DNA of 63,929 bases, counting the filler, from Octopus bimaculoides (taxonomy: Eukaryota), in NCBI RefSeq assembly GCF_001194135.2. It is 7 parts of 6 records of this genome, joined end to end, with 100 filler letters (N's around TTAATTAATTAA, not from the genome) between each part and the next. Parts side by side here need not be neighbours in the genome. Positions count along the whole stretch, not along the records: positions 1 to 20,334 come from NC_068989.1; positions 20,435 to 38,469 come from NC_068994.1; 5 more parts are not named here. One strand, written 5' to 3'. The first letter of the stretch is position 1, and the number at the start of each line of letters is the position of its first letter. Positions 11,886-23,322 of this stretch are shown piece after piece. The position numbers and the translations under genes are program-made. A model generated the notes under the pieces. It was given only the letters and a program-made list of their open reading frames with translations. It did not search any database and was not told where the DNA came from.

Positions 11886-13917
11886 AAAGGATTCCCTCGA
11901 ACCAAGCAATATCCTTGACTCCAGAACGCAGATTTTCGGGCGAAGTTTACATTTCAGAAGATTCCTGCTAGCCTTTTGAAGCCCACAAGATGGCAGCACA
12001 GCCCTAAGTCGATAGCCAATTGCCAACGGGAGATGATCCCCGTAGTTACCTTTGAGTAGTGAAGCATTTCCTCCTCCATATTGTTAAGAAACCTTNNNNN
12101 NNNNNNNNNNNNNNNNNNNNNNNNNNNNNNNNNNNNNNNNNNNNNNNNNNNNNNNNNNNNNNNNNNNNNNNNNNNNNNNNNNNNNNNNNNNNNNNNNNNN
12201 NNNNNNNNNNNNNNNNNNNNNNNNNNNNNNNNNNNNNNNNNNNNNNNNNNNNNNNNNNNNNNNNNNNNNNNNNNNNNNNNNNNNNNNNNNNNNNNNNNNN
12301 NNNNNNNNNNNNNNNNNNNNNNNNNNNNNNNNNNNNNNNNNNNNNNNNNNNNNNNNNNNNNNNNNNNNNNNNGGTCACGTGTGTCCGGTTGTTATTTCTT
12401 TTCGTTCTTGGTCTCCCCAAGCTCGCACGTACTTCTTCGCCTCTCCAGTTCGTGCTTCACAGTGTTCAATACACGCACACTTCTCCACGTCTGGCTGTAC
12501 AGCCTTTTTGTTTGTTTATTTCACCGTTTCGTTTTCCTGTCTTGTTTTCTGTCCGCCACTATCCTCCACGAAAAAAATTTAATTTGTGTTCGTGGGAAGA
12601 GCCATTTTAACGATGCGTACTGCCCTAACTCTTCGAAACGCCGGTGTTTTAATGGTGGCAGCTGATGAAGGATATGTTCTCTATGTGACCTGTTTGTTGC
12701 ACCTTGTTTATCATTTTGTCCATGTTCTTTTGCAATGTCATATACCCAGATAAGTATCTATATGTACATGCAGATGAAAGTATGTACATACATGTATATA
12801 TATATGCATATACTCATATATTGTTTATATATATATATAAGTATGGAGACAGATGTGTATGTATGTATGAAAATAGGTAGGTAGGTAGGTAGGTATGTAG
12901 GTGTTTATTGTCTATATAAACCCACTGTTTCAGCATCACGCGACTATTTACACTCTTAGCAGTGAACTTCACNNNNNNNNNNNNNNNNNNNNNNNNNNNN
13001 NNNNNNNNNNNNNNNNNNNNNNNNNNNNNNNNNNNNNNNNNNNNNNNNNNNNNNNNNNNNNNNNNNNNNNNNNNNNNNNNNNNNNNNNNNNNNNNNNNNN
13101 NNNNNNNNNNNNNNNNNNNNNNNNNNNNNNNNNNNNNNNNNNNNNNNNNNNNNNNNNNNNNNNNNNNNNNNNNNNNNNNNNNNNNNNNNNNNNNNNNNNN
13201 NNNNNNNNNNNNNNNNNNNNNNNNNNNNNNNNNNNNNNNNNNNNNNNNNNNNNNNNNNNNNNNNNNNNNNNNNNNNNNNNNNNNNNNNNNNNNNNNNNNN
13301 NNNNNNNNNNNNNNNNNNNNNNNNNNNNNNNNNNNNNNNNNNNNNNNNNNNNNNNNNNNNNNNNNNNNNNNNNNNNNNNNNNNNNNNNNNNNNNNNNNNN
13401 NNNNNNNNNNNNNNNNNNNNNNNNNNNNNNNNNNNNNNNNNNNNNNNNNNNNNNNNNNNNNNNNNNNNNNNNNNNNNNNNNNNNNNNNNNNNNNNNNNNN
13501 NNNNNNNNNNNNNNNNNNNNNNNNNNNNNNNNNNNNNNNNNNNNNNNNNNNNNNNNNNNNNNNNNNNNNNNNNNNNNNNNNNNNNNNNNNNNNNNNNNNN
13601 NNNNNNNNNNNNNNNNNNNNNNNNNNNNNNNNNNNNNNNNNNNNNNNNNNNNNNNNNNNNNNNNNNNNNNNNNNNNNNNNNNNNNNNNNNNNNNNNNNNN
13701 NNNNNNNNNNNNNNNNNNNNNNNNNNNNNNNNNNNNNNNNNNNNNNNNNNNNNNNNNNNNNNNNNNNNNNNNNNNNNNNNNNNNNNNNNNNNNNNNNNNN
13801 NNNNNNNNNNNNNNNNNNNNNNNNNNNNNNNNNNNNNNNNNNNNNNNNNNNNNNNNNNNNNNNNNNNNNNNNNNNNNNNNNNNNNNNNNNNNNNNNNNNN
13901 NNNNNNNNNNNNNNNNN

Positions 13918-14805
13918 GTGGTGGTGGTGGGAGGTGGTGGTGGTAGTGGTGATGGTGGTGGAGTCGGTAGTGAGATGGTGTCGGTAGTTGTAGTGATAGT
14001 GATGGTAATAGTTGTGGTGGTAGTAGTGGTGGTAGTAATGGTGGTAATGATGGTGGTAGTGGTGGTGATAGTGAGGGTGGTAGTGGTGGTGTTGGTAGTG
14101 GTAGTGATGCTGGTGGTGTTAGTGAGGATGGTAGTGGTGGTGGTAGTGGTGGTGGTAGTGGTGGTGGTGGTGATAGTGGTAGTGCTAGTGATGGTGGTAG
14201 TGGTGGTGGTAGTGGTGGTGGTAGTGGCGGTAGTAGTAGTGGTGGCGGTAGTTGTAGTGGTGACTGTTGCTAAGCCTTAGCGGACATAGTGCTGGCGGCG
14301 GTGCTGCTTTTGTAAGCCGAATTGAAGTTTATATATTTAGACATGTGTGATACTTGTATACATTATGCGTATGTGTATGTGTACAAGTGCATCCAGATAG
14401 AGAGAAAGAGAGAGGGAGAGAAAAAGGCAGAGAGGGTGAGAGAGAGAAGGTGACAGAGTGGGAGACTGAGAAGGAAAGAAGAGAGAAGAGAGAGGGAGAG
14501 AGCGGGGTAAGAGGTGGGGAGAAAGAGGAAGAGAGTAAGAGGCAGACAGAGAGAGGGAGGGAGAGAGAGAGAAAGAGATAAAGAAAGGGAGAGAGAAATA
14601 GATAGAGAGATAAATAGATAGAGGAAGGGAGAGAGAAAAAAGAGAGAAATAAAGAGGATGAAGAGAGAAAATAATAGGAGAAAGAGAAAAGGGAGAAAAA
14701 AAGAAAGAGTAATAGATAGATAGATAAAACGAGAGAGACGGGAGAGAGAGAGAGGGGGTGAGAGAGAGGGGAAAGAGAGAGAGGGAGAGAGGGGGGAGTA
14801 AAGGT
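13918..14805. repeat. (GGT/AGT)n tract (13918-14275) and GA-rich purine tract (14395-14805)
   Basis: Directly visible simple repeats. They are the source of the poly-Val and Leu/Ser ORFs. Confidence 0.9.
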
Positions 14806-15197
14806 ATGGCTGCAACAGCGTTAGTACCGGTGCTAATATGACAGTGGTGGTGGTAGTGGTGGTGGTGGTGGTGGTGAGGAGGAGCTTTCGTAAACTAATG
14901 CACAGTAATAACTATTCTTACCTGTGGACTATAAAATTAAAACGTATCGGACAAATAGTGTGTGTGTGTGTATGTGTGTGTGCAAGCTATAACTATGTTC
15001 TCTTCTTTTGCATAAGTCTAAATCCTTTGGTTGCGGGAGTCAACGCCGGACAGTTTTTGTGCAGATGACGCCTATTGAGGCAGAAACACCTACATCAAGA
15101 ATTTATGTTGTAGAATATTTGATTTACCTCATTCATCGAGGTTATTCAAATATATGCCACTGGACACAGTTATTTCACTTAAGTGACTTTTGATTAA

Positions 15198-15238
<41 letters not shown>

Positions 15239-16317
15239 NNNNNNNNNNNNNNNNNNNNNNNNNNNNNNNNNNNNNNNNNNNNNNNNNNNNNNNNNNNNNN
15301 NNNNNNNNNNNNNNNNNNNNNNNNNNNNNNNNNNNNNNNNNNNNNNNNNNNNNNNNNNNNNNNNNNNNNNNNNNNNNNNNNNNNNNNNNNNNNNNNNNNN
15401 NNNNNNNNNNNNNNNNNNNNNNNNNNNNNNNNNNNNNNNNNNNNNNNNNNNNNNNNNNNNNNNNNNNNNNNNNNNNNNNNNNNNNNNNNNNNNNNNNNNN
15501 NNNNNNNNNNNNNNNNNNNNNNNNNNNNNNNNNNNNNNNNNNNNNNNNNNNNNNNNNNNNNNNNNNNNNNNNNNNNNNNNNNNNNNNNNNNNNNNNNNNN
15601 NNNNNNNNNNNNNNNNNNNNNNNNNNNNNNNNNNNNNNNNNNNNNNNNNNNNNNNNNNNNNNNNNNNNNNNNNNNNNNNNNNNNNNNNNNNNNNNNNNNN
15701 NNNNNNNNNNNNNNNNNNNNNNNNNNNNNNNNNNNNNNNNNNNNNNNNNNNNNNNNNNNNNNNNNNNNNNNNNNNNNNNNNNNNNNNNNNNNNNNNNNNN
15801 NNNNNNNNNNNNNNNNNNNNNNNNNNNNNNNNNNNNNNNNNNNNNNNNNNNNNNNNNNNNNNNNNNNNNNNNNNNNNNNNNNNNNNNNNNNNNNNNNNNN
15901 NNNNNNNNNNNNNNNNNNNNNNNNNNNNNNNNNNNNNNNNNNNNNNNNNNNNNNNNNNNNNNNNNNNNNNNNNNNNNNNNNNNNNNNNNNNNNNNNNNNN
16001 NNNNNNNNNNNNNNNNNNNNNNNNNNNNNNNNNNNNNNNNNNNNNNNNNNNNNNNNNNNNNNNNNNNNNNNNNNNNNNNNNNNNNNNNNNNNNNNNNNNN
16101 NNNNNNNNNNNNNNNNNNNNNNNNNNNNNNNNNNNNNNNNATGTCAAAATGGTTTTTTGTATTCCTCCTTTCTACCTGGAAGGTTTAGACTTAATTATAA
16201 AAATATGTCCTTCTGTTCAAATTTAATTTCATTATATTTCTAAATTTCTATGTCTTTGTGCAGCTGAAGATTGCTCAACATTTTATATTTGATGTAATGT
16301 TTACATTATTCGATTAA

Positions 16318-16380
16318 ATGGAGTCGCATGAAACAATCGTACTGCATTACCTCTGGATATCCTTGTTGTTTATTTTAATA
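16318..16380 (+). repeat. Short dispersed repeat, also present inverted at ~61900-61960
   Basis: AATGGAGTCGCATGAAACAATCGTACTGCATTACCTCTGGATATCCTTGTTG matches the reverse complement of CAACAAGGATATCCAGAGGTAATGCAGTATGATAATTTCAAGCAACTCCATT. Both copies abut (TA)n. Confidence 0.75.
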
Positions 16381-16402
16381 TATATGTATATATATATATA
16401 TA

Positions 16403-16474
<72 letters not shown>

Positions 16475-16832
16475 GGCACAGGACGTCACAAAACATAAAC
16501 AACATGAAATACGAAGACAAGCAACATAAAGAACGACCTTTCATCAGTTGTCAGCTGTCCATCTACTCCTCATTTCGAGCAATTAACGACAATATGAGGC
16601 TTCGAAAGCAGTTGGTCCCGCGAACCAAAATAAAATTTGGGATTTGTGGAGGTTCAAAGTTGATAACAAAAACACGACAGTGGAGACATGCAACAATCCA
16701 AACGAAAACAAAGATGGCGGGCCGTTAGGCCAGACGAGGTAGGGTAGCAAACGCTAGAAGAATATTGTCATTGACAAGAGAAAAGATAGGAGACAGATAA
16801 GAATGTGTCTGGTCTGTAATACAGCAACGAGA

Positions 16833-16876
<44 letters not shown>

Positions 16877-17626
16877 NNNNNNNNNNNNNNNNNNNNNNNN
16901 NNNNNNNNNNNNNNNNNNNNNNNNNNNNNNNNNNNNNNNNNNNNNNNNNNNNNNNNNNNNNNNNNNNNNNNNNNNNNNNNNNNNNNNNNNNNNNNNNNNN
17001 NNNNNNNNNNNNNNNNNNNNNNNNNNNNNNNNNNNNNNNNNNNNNNNNNNNNNNNNNNNNNNNNNNNNNNNNNNNNNNNNNNNNNNNNNNNNNNNNNNNN
17101 NNNNNNNNNNNNNNNNNNNNNNNNNNNNNNNNNNNNNNNNNNNNNNNNNNNNNNNNNNNNNNNNNNNNNNNNNNNNNNNNNNNNNNNNNNNNNNNNNNNN
17201 NNNNNNNNNNNNNNNNNNNNNNNNNNNNNNNNNNNNNNNNNNNNNNNNNNNNNNNNNNNNNNNNNNNNNNNNNNNNNNNNNNNNNNNNNNNNNNNNNNNN
17301 NNNNNNNNNNNNNNNNNNNNNNNNNNNNNNNNNNNNNNNNNNNNNNNNNNNNNNNNNNNNNNNNNNNNNNNNNNNNNNNNNNNNNNNNNNNNNNNNNNNN
17401 NNNNNNNNNNNNNNNNNNNNNNNNNNNNNNNNNNNNNNNNNNNNNNNNNNNNNNNNNNNNNNNNNNNNNNNNNNNNNNNNNNNNNNNNNNNNNNNNNNNN
17501 NNNNNNNNNNNNNNNNNNNNNNNNNNNNNNNNNNNNNNNNNNNNNNNNNNNNNNNNNNNNNNNNNNNNNNNNNNNNNNNNNNNNNNNNNNNNNNNNNNNN
17601 NNNNNNNNNNNNNNNNNNNNNNNNNN

Positions 17627-18290
17627 CACCCGTGTGACACAGCGACCTTTAGAAAGAGAGAGGGAGAGCGCCTGCTTTCGTACAGATAGGGGGGTAAAGT
17701 CTGTGCTAAGCCCCAATTGCACGCTGCAAGTCTCAGTTGGGAAAAAGAATAACAACAGCTGTTAATTCTTGAGACAACGTATCTGTGGATGGAATGCCGC
17801 GTCATGGTTTGTCGGACGACGAATGAGGAGGAGACGATGAGAGCAGCGCTCCATTTCTGCGGAGGCCAAAGCGAGTGAGACGTCTGCCCAGGTGGATGAC
17901 AGATTTTGACATGGAGCGAAGTGATGGGGTGGGTGTCTTTGAGATCAATGGTTGAGGGAGGGTGCTTTTGAGATCAATGGCGGGAGGGGGGATGAAGTGC
18001 ACTGGAAGCATAGGGTCACTGACATCACGCGAACGACGAGGGTCTTTGCCGGAAGGAGAGGAGCGAGGAGGTCATGTGAGAGGAAGGACCACTAGCATGA
18101 GCTTCATTTGCTTTGGAGCCATCGCTCAAGACAGATGTGGTGGCCGCGTGAGTTTAGAGAATTTGTTGTTAGGTTCTGACCAAATCACCGTTAGATTCTG
18201 GCCGGAGGTCTGGTGAGAAGTGCTCCTATGGATAAATCATGACTGGAAAGGATCGACATTATGAGATGACTCGCGAGGTAGACGAATTAC
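17627..18290 (+). mobile_element. Probable LTR-retrotransposon 3' remnant (polyprotein tail, purine tract, LTR-like sequence)
   Basis: GC-richer island. The frame reads FLRRPKRVRRLPRWMTDFDM, resembling the RRSxRxRRxPxWxxDY tail of Ty3/Gypsy polyproteins. A purine-rich run precedes TGTGAG at ~18073. Confidence 0.45.
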
Positions 18291-18454
18291 GTTTTTTTCC
18301 TTATACCTACCTACCTGTCTACATACATACATACATAGACAGAAAGTTGTTGAAGAGGTCACAGAATATGTGACAAAGAGCTCTGACAAATAAACTAACG
18401 TTGGATAACAAATTTTCTTTTTTAATTTTTTTTTCTTTGGTCAGTAAGTGTTAT

Positions 18455-18870
18455 TTCCAATTTGCTTCTATCTAGAAATCAAAGGAAATGACAACTGTTC
18501 CCTTCAAACTTTGCTTTTGTGACCTGGACATAAAATATTCTGAAACTGACCTATTTTCCATTACATTTCAGACAGATTCAGCGCTGAGTTACTGAAGCAG
18601 AAATATCGTAATAGAAAATATTCTGCTTAATACCATAGATTTGCTTGTCCGTTGCATGACCTTAACCATCTAAGCATATCACTTAACGGTTGACAATATG
18701 TGCGTTTCAGGTTATGAGCAGGATTAGTGAGAGAGCATTATAGTCATGTGTCGAAAGGGAATTTGAGGTTTTGAATAAATGTAACAAAAGCAAATTTTGA
18801 AGGAAATATTAGCCACTTTTCATTCTTCCTAGGGTTAAGAAAAGAGGAAATGACAGTTGCTACCCAAGGA
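18455..18870. mobile_element. MITE-like repeat with internal inverted repeat
   Basis: TTCCCTTCAAACTTTGCTTTTGT (18498-18520) pairs with ACAAAAGCAAATTTTGAAGGAA (18784-18805). GGAAATGACA occurs near both ends. Confidence 0.6.
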
Positions 18871-18918
18871 CGAAAAGTGTTGTTGAAGGTGTAATAGTAA
18901 AAATAAAGTTTTATATAC

Positions 18919-19315
18919 GAGTAGGAGGGGCTGTGTGATAAGTAGCTTGCTTACGAACCACATGGTTCTGGGTTCAGTTCCACTGCGTGGCACCTTGGGC
19001 AAGTGTCTTCTACTATAGCCTAGGGCTGACCAAAGCCTTGTGAGTGGATTTGGTAGACGGAAACTGAAAGAAGCCCGTCGTATATATGTATATATATATA
19101 TATGTATATGCGTGCGTATGTTTGTGCGTCTGTGTTTGTCCCCCCAGCATCGCTTGACAACCGATACTGGCGTGTTTACGTCCCCGTAACTTAGCGGTTC
19201 GGCAAAAGAGACCGATAGAATAAGTACTAGGCTTACAAAGAATAAGTCCTTGGGTCGATTTGCTCGACTAAAGGCGGTGCTCCAGCATGGCCACAGTCAA
19301 ATGACTGAAACAAGT

Positions 19316-19316
<1 letters not shown>
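18919..19316 (+). mobile_element. tRNA-derived SINE, family A (near full length)
   Basis: Closely matches 35393-35798 along its whole length and ends in (GA)n. Confidence 0.9.
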
Positions 19317-19372
<56 letters not shown>

Positions 19373-19377
19373 AAGAG

Positions 19378-20207
19378 AGAGTGCTGATCAAAAAGTATCT
19401 GGACTGTTGTTATAGTAACGAAGCTAAAGCATGCAGAGTGAAATCGCTTGGTGCAGATTGATCTGAAACATTGCTGTGCATGCGCACTAAGTTTTAACAT
19501 TCTAGCTCACTTCCGCTGTTTACAGCAGTGCTTGGAAGGAAGGTGTGTCACGTGTGATGTCCCATTGACCATGTCAGAGAAAGTTGAACAGAATCTCTGC
19601 ATAAAATTTTCCCAAAAACTTAGCGATGCGTGCTCAGAGGCCTACGCAAAGTTTTAAAAACGTTTCCATTGTTATCGACACAACCAAGGAGATTTTATGC
19701 ATTTGAAACCCGAATGTCGTTTTGGTTAGCTAAAAGCAGTTTTGGCACAAACTTAGCAGACACGCATCTCATACCAAAATCTTCAGTGATAATGGATTGA
19801 ACTGAAGTCTAACTAATCTGCACATCCTATGATAACTCACGGATTTCTCTGTTCTGATAGAACGTTCATCAATATCGACATTTTTCGGCCATCTTGGAAA
19901 CGTCTGAACCACTGGTGCACATGTGTGCGGCTCATACAATCTTCTCCATACACTTTCTGCAACTTTGCGGAGGGCTCTGAGCAGGTGTCGCCATGACAAC
20001 TTTCTGTCATGGTCAATGCGACGATCACACGCTACACACCTGTCTAAGCACTGCCGGAAACAGCGGAAGTGAGTTAAAACGTTAAAACTTAACGCGCAAG
20101 GACAGCAAAGTTCAAGGTCAATCTTTGCCTAGCGGTTTCACTCTGCGTGCTTTAGCTTCGTTACTATGGCAACAGTCCGCATACTTACTGATCAGATCTC
20201 CTATGTA
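19378..20207. mobile_element. mariner-derived element made of two convergent 5' ends (long inverted arms that include the ATG)
   Basis: Left arm CTGATCAAAAAGTATCTGGACTG...CATTGACC-ATG encodes MSEKVEQNLCIKF on +. The right arm (reverse complement) CTGATCAGTAAGTATGCGGACTG...CATTGACC-ATG continues into LQKVYGEDCMSRTHVHQWFRRFQDGR on -. Confidence 0.8.
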
Positions 20208-20867
20208 TTTGTGTGTGTGGTGTGGTGGTGGTGGTGGTGGTGGGGGTGATTCGATTATATATATATATAGACACACACACACATATACACACACACATGT
20301 ATGAATGAATGTATGTGTATATGTATATGTATATNNNNNNNNNNNNNNNNNNNNNNNNNNNNNNNNNNNNNNNNNNNNTTAATTAATTAANNNNNNNNNN
20401 NNNNNNNNNNNNNNNNNNNNNNNNNNNNNNNNNNATTTCAAATTGCATGTTGTAGTTATAAACGAGACCATATGGAAACCATAACTTTAAAAAAAAAGTA
20501 AAGAAAAGAAAACGCGAAAAGCGAAAAAAAAAAAAACTGTATAGTAACGAAGGCGGTTACTAAGAAACAGTGGGTGTGGTTTCCAATTGAGCAACGGCAA
20601 AGTAGTTGAAGGGCGTGTCGAAAAAAGTTGTAGTAACTGTTTAATGACTATGTTATAGATGGAAACGGATAGTTGTGGATAGATAGTTTCATCCGAACAA
20701 TCCAACGTGGAGGCGTTTTCTTATTCCTGCTTTTTTTCCCTTTTCATTTAAACAAAAAAAAAAAGGAAGAGAATTATCATCCACCTTATTTTAATTTAAA
20801 TTTTTCCCCCTTCCCACCAAGTCTTTTCCTTTTTGCGCTTCCTCATTACCTGCCTTGTTGTTGCGTG

Positions 20868-20907
20868 TTACGTCACCAGTAATTGAGCACAGGAAAAAAT
20901 GACGTCA
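20868..20907 (+). promoter_or_regulatory. Two CRE/ATF-type sites immediately upstream of the E93/LCORL-like start codon
   Basis: TTACGTCA at 20868-20875 and the perfect palindrome TGACGTCA at 20900-20907, in a locally CpG-enriched patch. Function is inferred only. Confidence 0.5.
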
Positions 20908-20921
20908 GTGCGCGTGTCAAC

Positions 20922-21015
20922 ATGGTAGATTGCGGAGGCTTACGGTGTGCTCAAGAAAGGCGCAGCTTTAAGAAAGAACTGCTATCATGGGGCAAGAAAA
21001 TTCCAGTTTTGATCG
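20922..21015 (+). CDS. LCORL: First coding exon of an E93 (Eip93F)/Mblk-1/LCOR-LCORL family pipsqueak-HTH transcription factor
   Basis: AAC-ATG-G start. Translates to MVDCGGLRCAQERRSFKKELLSWGKKIPVLI plus the first base of Gly, then a canonical donor CG|GTGAGT (phase 1). The pattern C-x4-RC-x2-ERR-x2-(K/R)(K/R)EL-x2-W-x8-G matches recalled N-termini of vertebrate LCORL ([29 protein letters not shown]) and insect E93 (C...RC.QERR..K.EL.RW.K.....VG). The homology is from memory, not a search. Confidence 0.85.
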
Positions 21016-22854
21016 GTGAGTTAAATATANNNNNNNNNNNNNNNNNNNNNNNNNNNNNNNNNNNNNNNNNNNNNNNNNNNNNNNNNNNNNNNNNNNNNNN
21101 NNNNNNNNNNNNNNNNNNNNNNNNNNNNNNNNNNNNNNNNNNNNNNNNNNNNNNNNNNNNNNNNNNNNNNNNNNNNNNNNNNNNNNNNNNNNNNNNNNNN
21201 NNNNNNNNNNNNNNNNNNNNNNNNNNNNNNNNNNNNNNNNNNNNNNNNNNNNNNNNNNNNNNNNNNNNNNNNNNNNNNNNNNNNNNNNNNNNNNNNNNNN
21301 NNNNNNNNNNNNNNNNNNNNNNNNNNNNNNNNNNNNNNNNNNNNNNNNNNNNNNNNNNNNNNNNNNNNNNNNNNNNNNNNNNNNNNNNNNNNNNNNNNNN
21401 NNNNNNNNNNNNNNNNNNNNNNNNNNNNNNNNNNNNNNNNNNNNNNNNNNNNNNNNNNNNNNNNNNNNNNNNNNNNNNNNNNNNNNNNNNNNNNNNNNNN
21501 NNNNNNNNNNNNNNNNNNNNNNNNNNNNNNNNNNNNNNNNNNNNNNNNNNNNNNNNNNNNNNNNNNNNNNNNNNNNNNNNNNNNNNNNNNNNNNNNNNNN
21601 NNNNNNNNNNNNNNNNNNNNNNNNNNNNNNNNNNNNNNNNNNNNNNNNNNNNNNNNNNNNNNNNNNNNNNNNNNNNNNNNNNNNNNNNNNNNNNNNNNNN
21701 NNNNNNNNNNNNNNNNNNNNNNNNNNNNNNNNNNNNNNNNCAGGGAGACATTTTATTTATCCGAATAATTAACAATCGAACTGCTTTGGTAACTAAATTG
21801 TTTTGGGGAAGATAAAATTATTTTCTTGAAACATTAAGATTTCTCTGTTTTCGTTTTCTTTTTAATAATACTTTCTGAAGCGCGTATTGGTCATCTTTCA
21901 GGATTGTTTTTCAAGTAAAACTTACAGATCGATTAATTAAACCCACCTTTAAAATGGGGTGGGGGTACTTTAAAATAGATAAACCCAACCAAAGAAGGAA
22001 TTTCTGGCACAGTAATTTAATCTTCTGGAAATAGAGCACCTAAATTCGCCCTCAAATCATGTTCCATCGTAATTTTTTAAAAAGGGAGGATACATTAGAC
22101 AAAATAATCATATATATAATTTTAAAAAACGACAGGGTGGTCACGTCTGGAGGCTATATGTCTGCGTTACTTGGACTGACTTGTGGTTAAATTGCAATAA
22201 TAACAACCAAACCACAACGGGGATGGCAACTAGCCAAAGGTGATGGTAGATAGAATTTGGTCAGTAAAAATCTGGATAAATGGCACACGACAACTCAACG
22301 TTTCGCATTAGCTTTTTTCCTATAAAAAAATTTGGTTCGAGAAGGTTAAGAAAAATATAAAAGGTCTCCACAACTTAACATCGTGAAAAATTACCGTGTG
22401 TGTGTGTGTATGTGTATATATTCAACTGGCTTTCTTTGTATTCTTTCCTTCTATATTATAGTTGGTGTTTTATTTGAAGGTATAAGGGTTAGCTTATATT
22501 TCGCTGCTTTCTGGTTGGAGAGAAAACTGTGCTATTGGTGCCAAACGTGGTCAGCACTCACTCTTGCCAGGCGACATGTACCATCTTTCTGTCCACGTCC
22601 TCTCGTTCTCTCTCTCTCTCTCTCTCTCACTCATTCACTCGCTCGCTCATTCACTCACTCATTCACTATACTTTGGCTCTTTTACTTTCTCTTTCACTTT
22701 TACTTTCTTTTTCTCCTCTCTAAAATGTGTGTGTATGAAATGCACATGTGGATACATGTATGTATGTATGTATGTATGCATGCATGTATGTATGCATGTA
22801 TATATATTTGTATGTATGTGTGTATGTATGAATGTATGTATGTATATTTATATG

Positions 22855-23030
22855 TTCTTGTCGGAAAACATGCCTTGCAGAATTTGTTCCGGTTCTTCAC
22901 ATTTCAAGTTCAAATCCCACCGATGTCAACTTTGCCTTCCATCTTTTCCGGGTCGATAAAACAATGTATTCCAGTCAAGTCCTGCAGTTCGATGATATCG
23001 ACTAACACGACTCCTCTCAAAAATTGTAGG
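22855..23030 (+). mobile_element. SINE family B, decayed
   Basis: CAAGTTCAAATCCCACCGATGTCAACTTTGCCTTCCATCTTTTCCGGGTCGATAAAA matches the family body. Confidence 0.7.
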
Positions 23031-23262
23031 CTCTGAATCTAAATTATAAACCATTATCACTACTACTACTACTACTACTAGCAGCAGTAGAAGTGTTATT
23101 AGCATCATTAAACTTTCTATATATCTTCTAAACTGCAAGAGGTCGTCTACGAAACTATCTTTTTGCTTTGTTTATCTGTTATTGGTGTTGTAAATAGTTA
23201 CCAATGGTTTTCATTCTTTGTGTGTGTATGCGTGTGCCTGTATACACACATATCTATCTATT

Positions 23263-23322
<60 letters not shown>

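Noticed and set aside
12901-17805. Long ORFs (300-459 aa) in the supplied track
   Set aside because: They are almost entirely N gaps and microsatellites, with no coding signal.
20379-20390. TTAATTAATTAA flanked by 44 Ns on each side, repeated at 38514, 44749, 54112, 59161 and 62105
   Set aside because: An identical 100-bp N/stop-linker cassette at every occurrence is a scaffolding spacer, not biological sequence or a CRISPR-like repeat.
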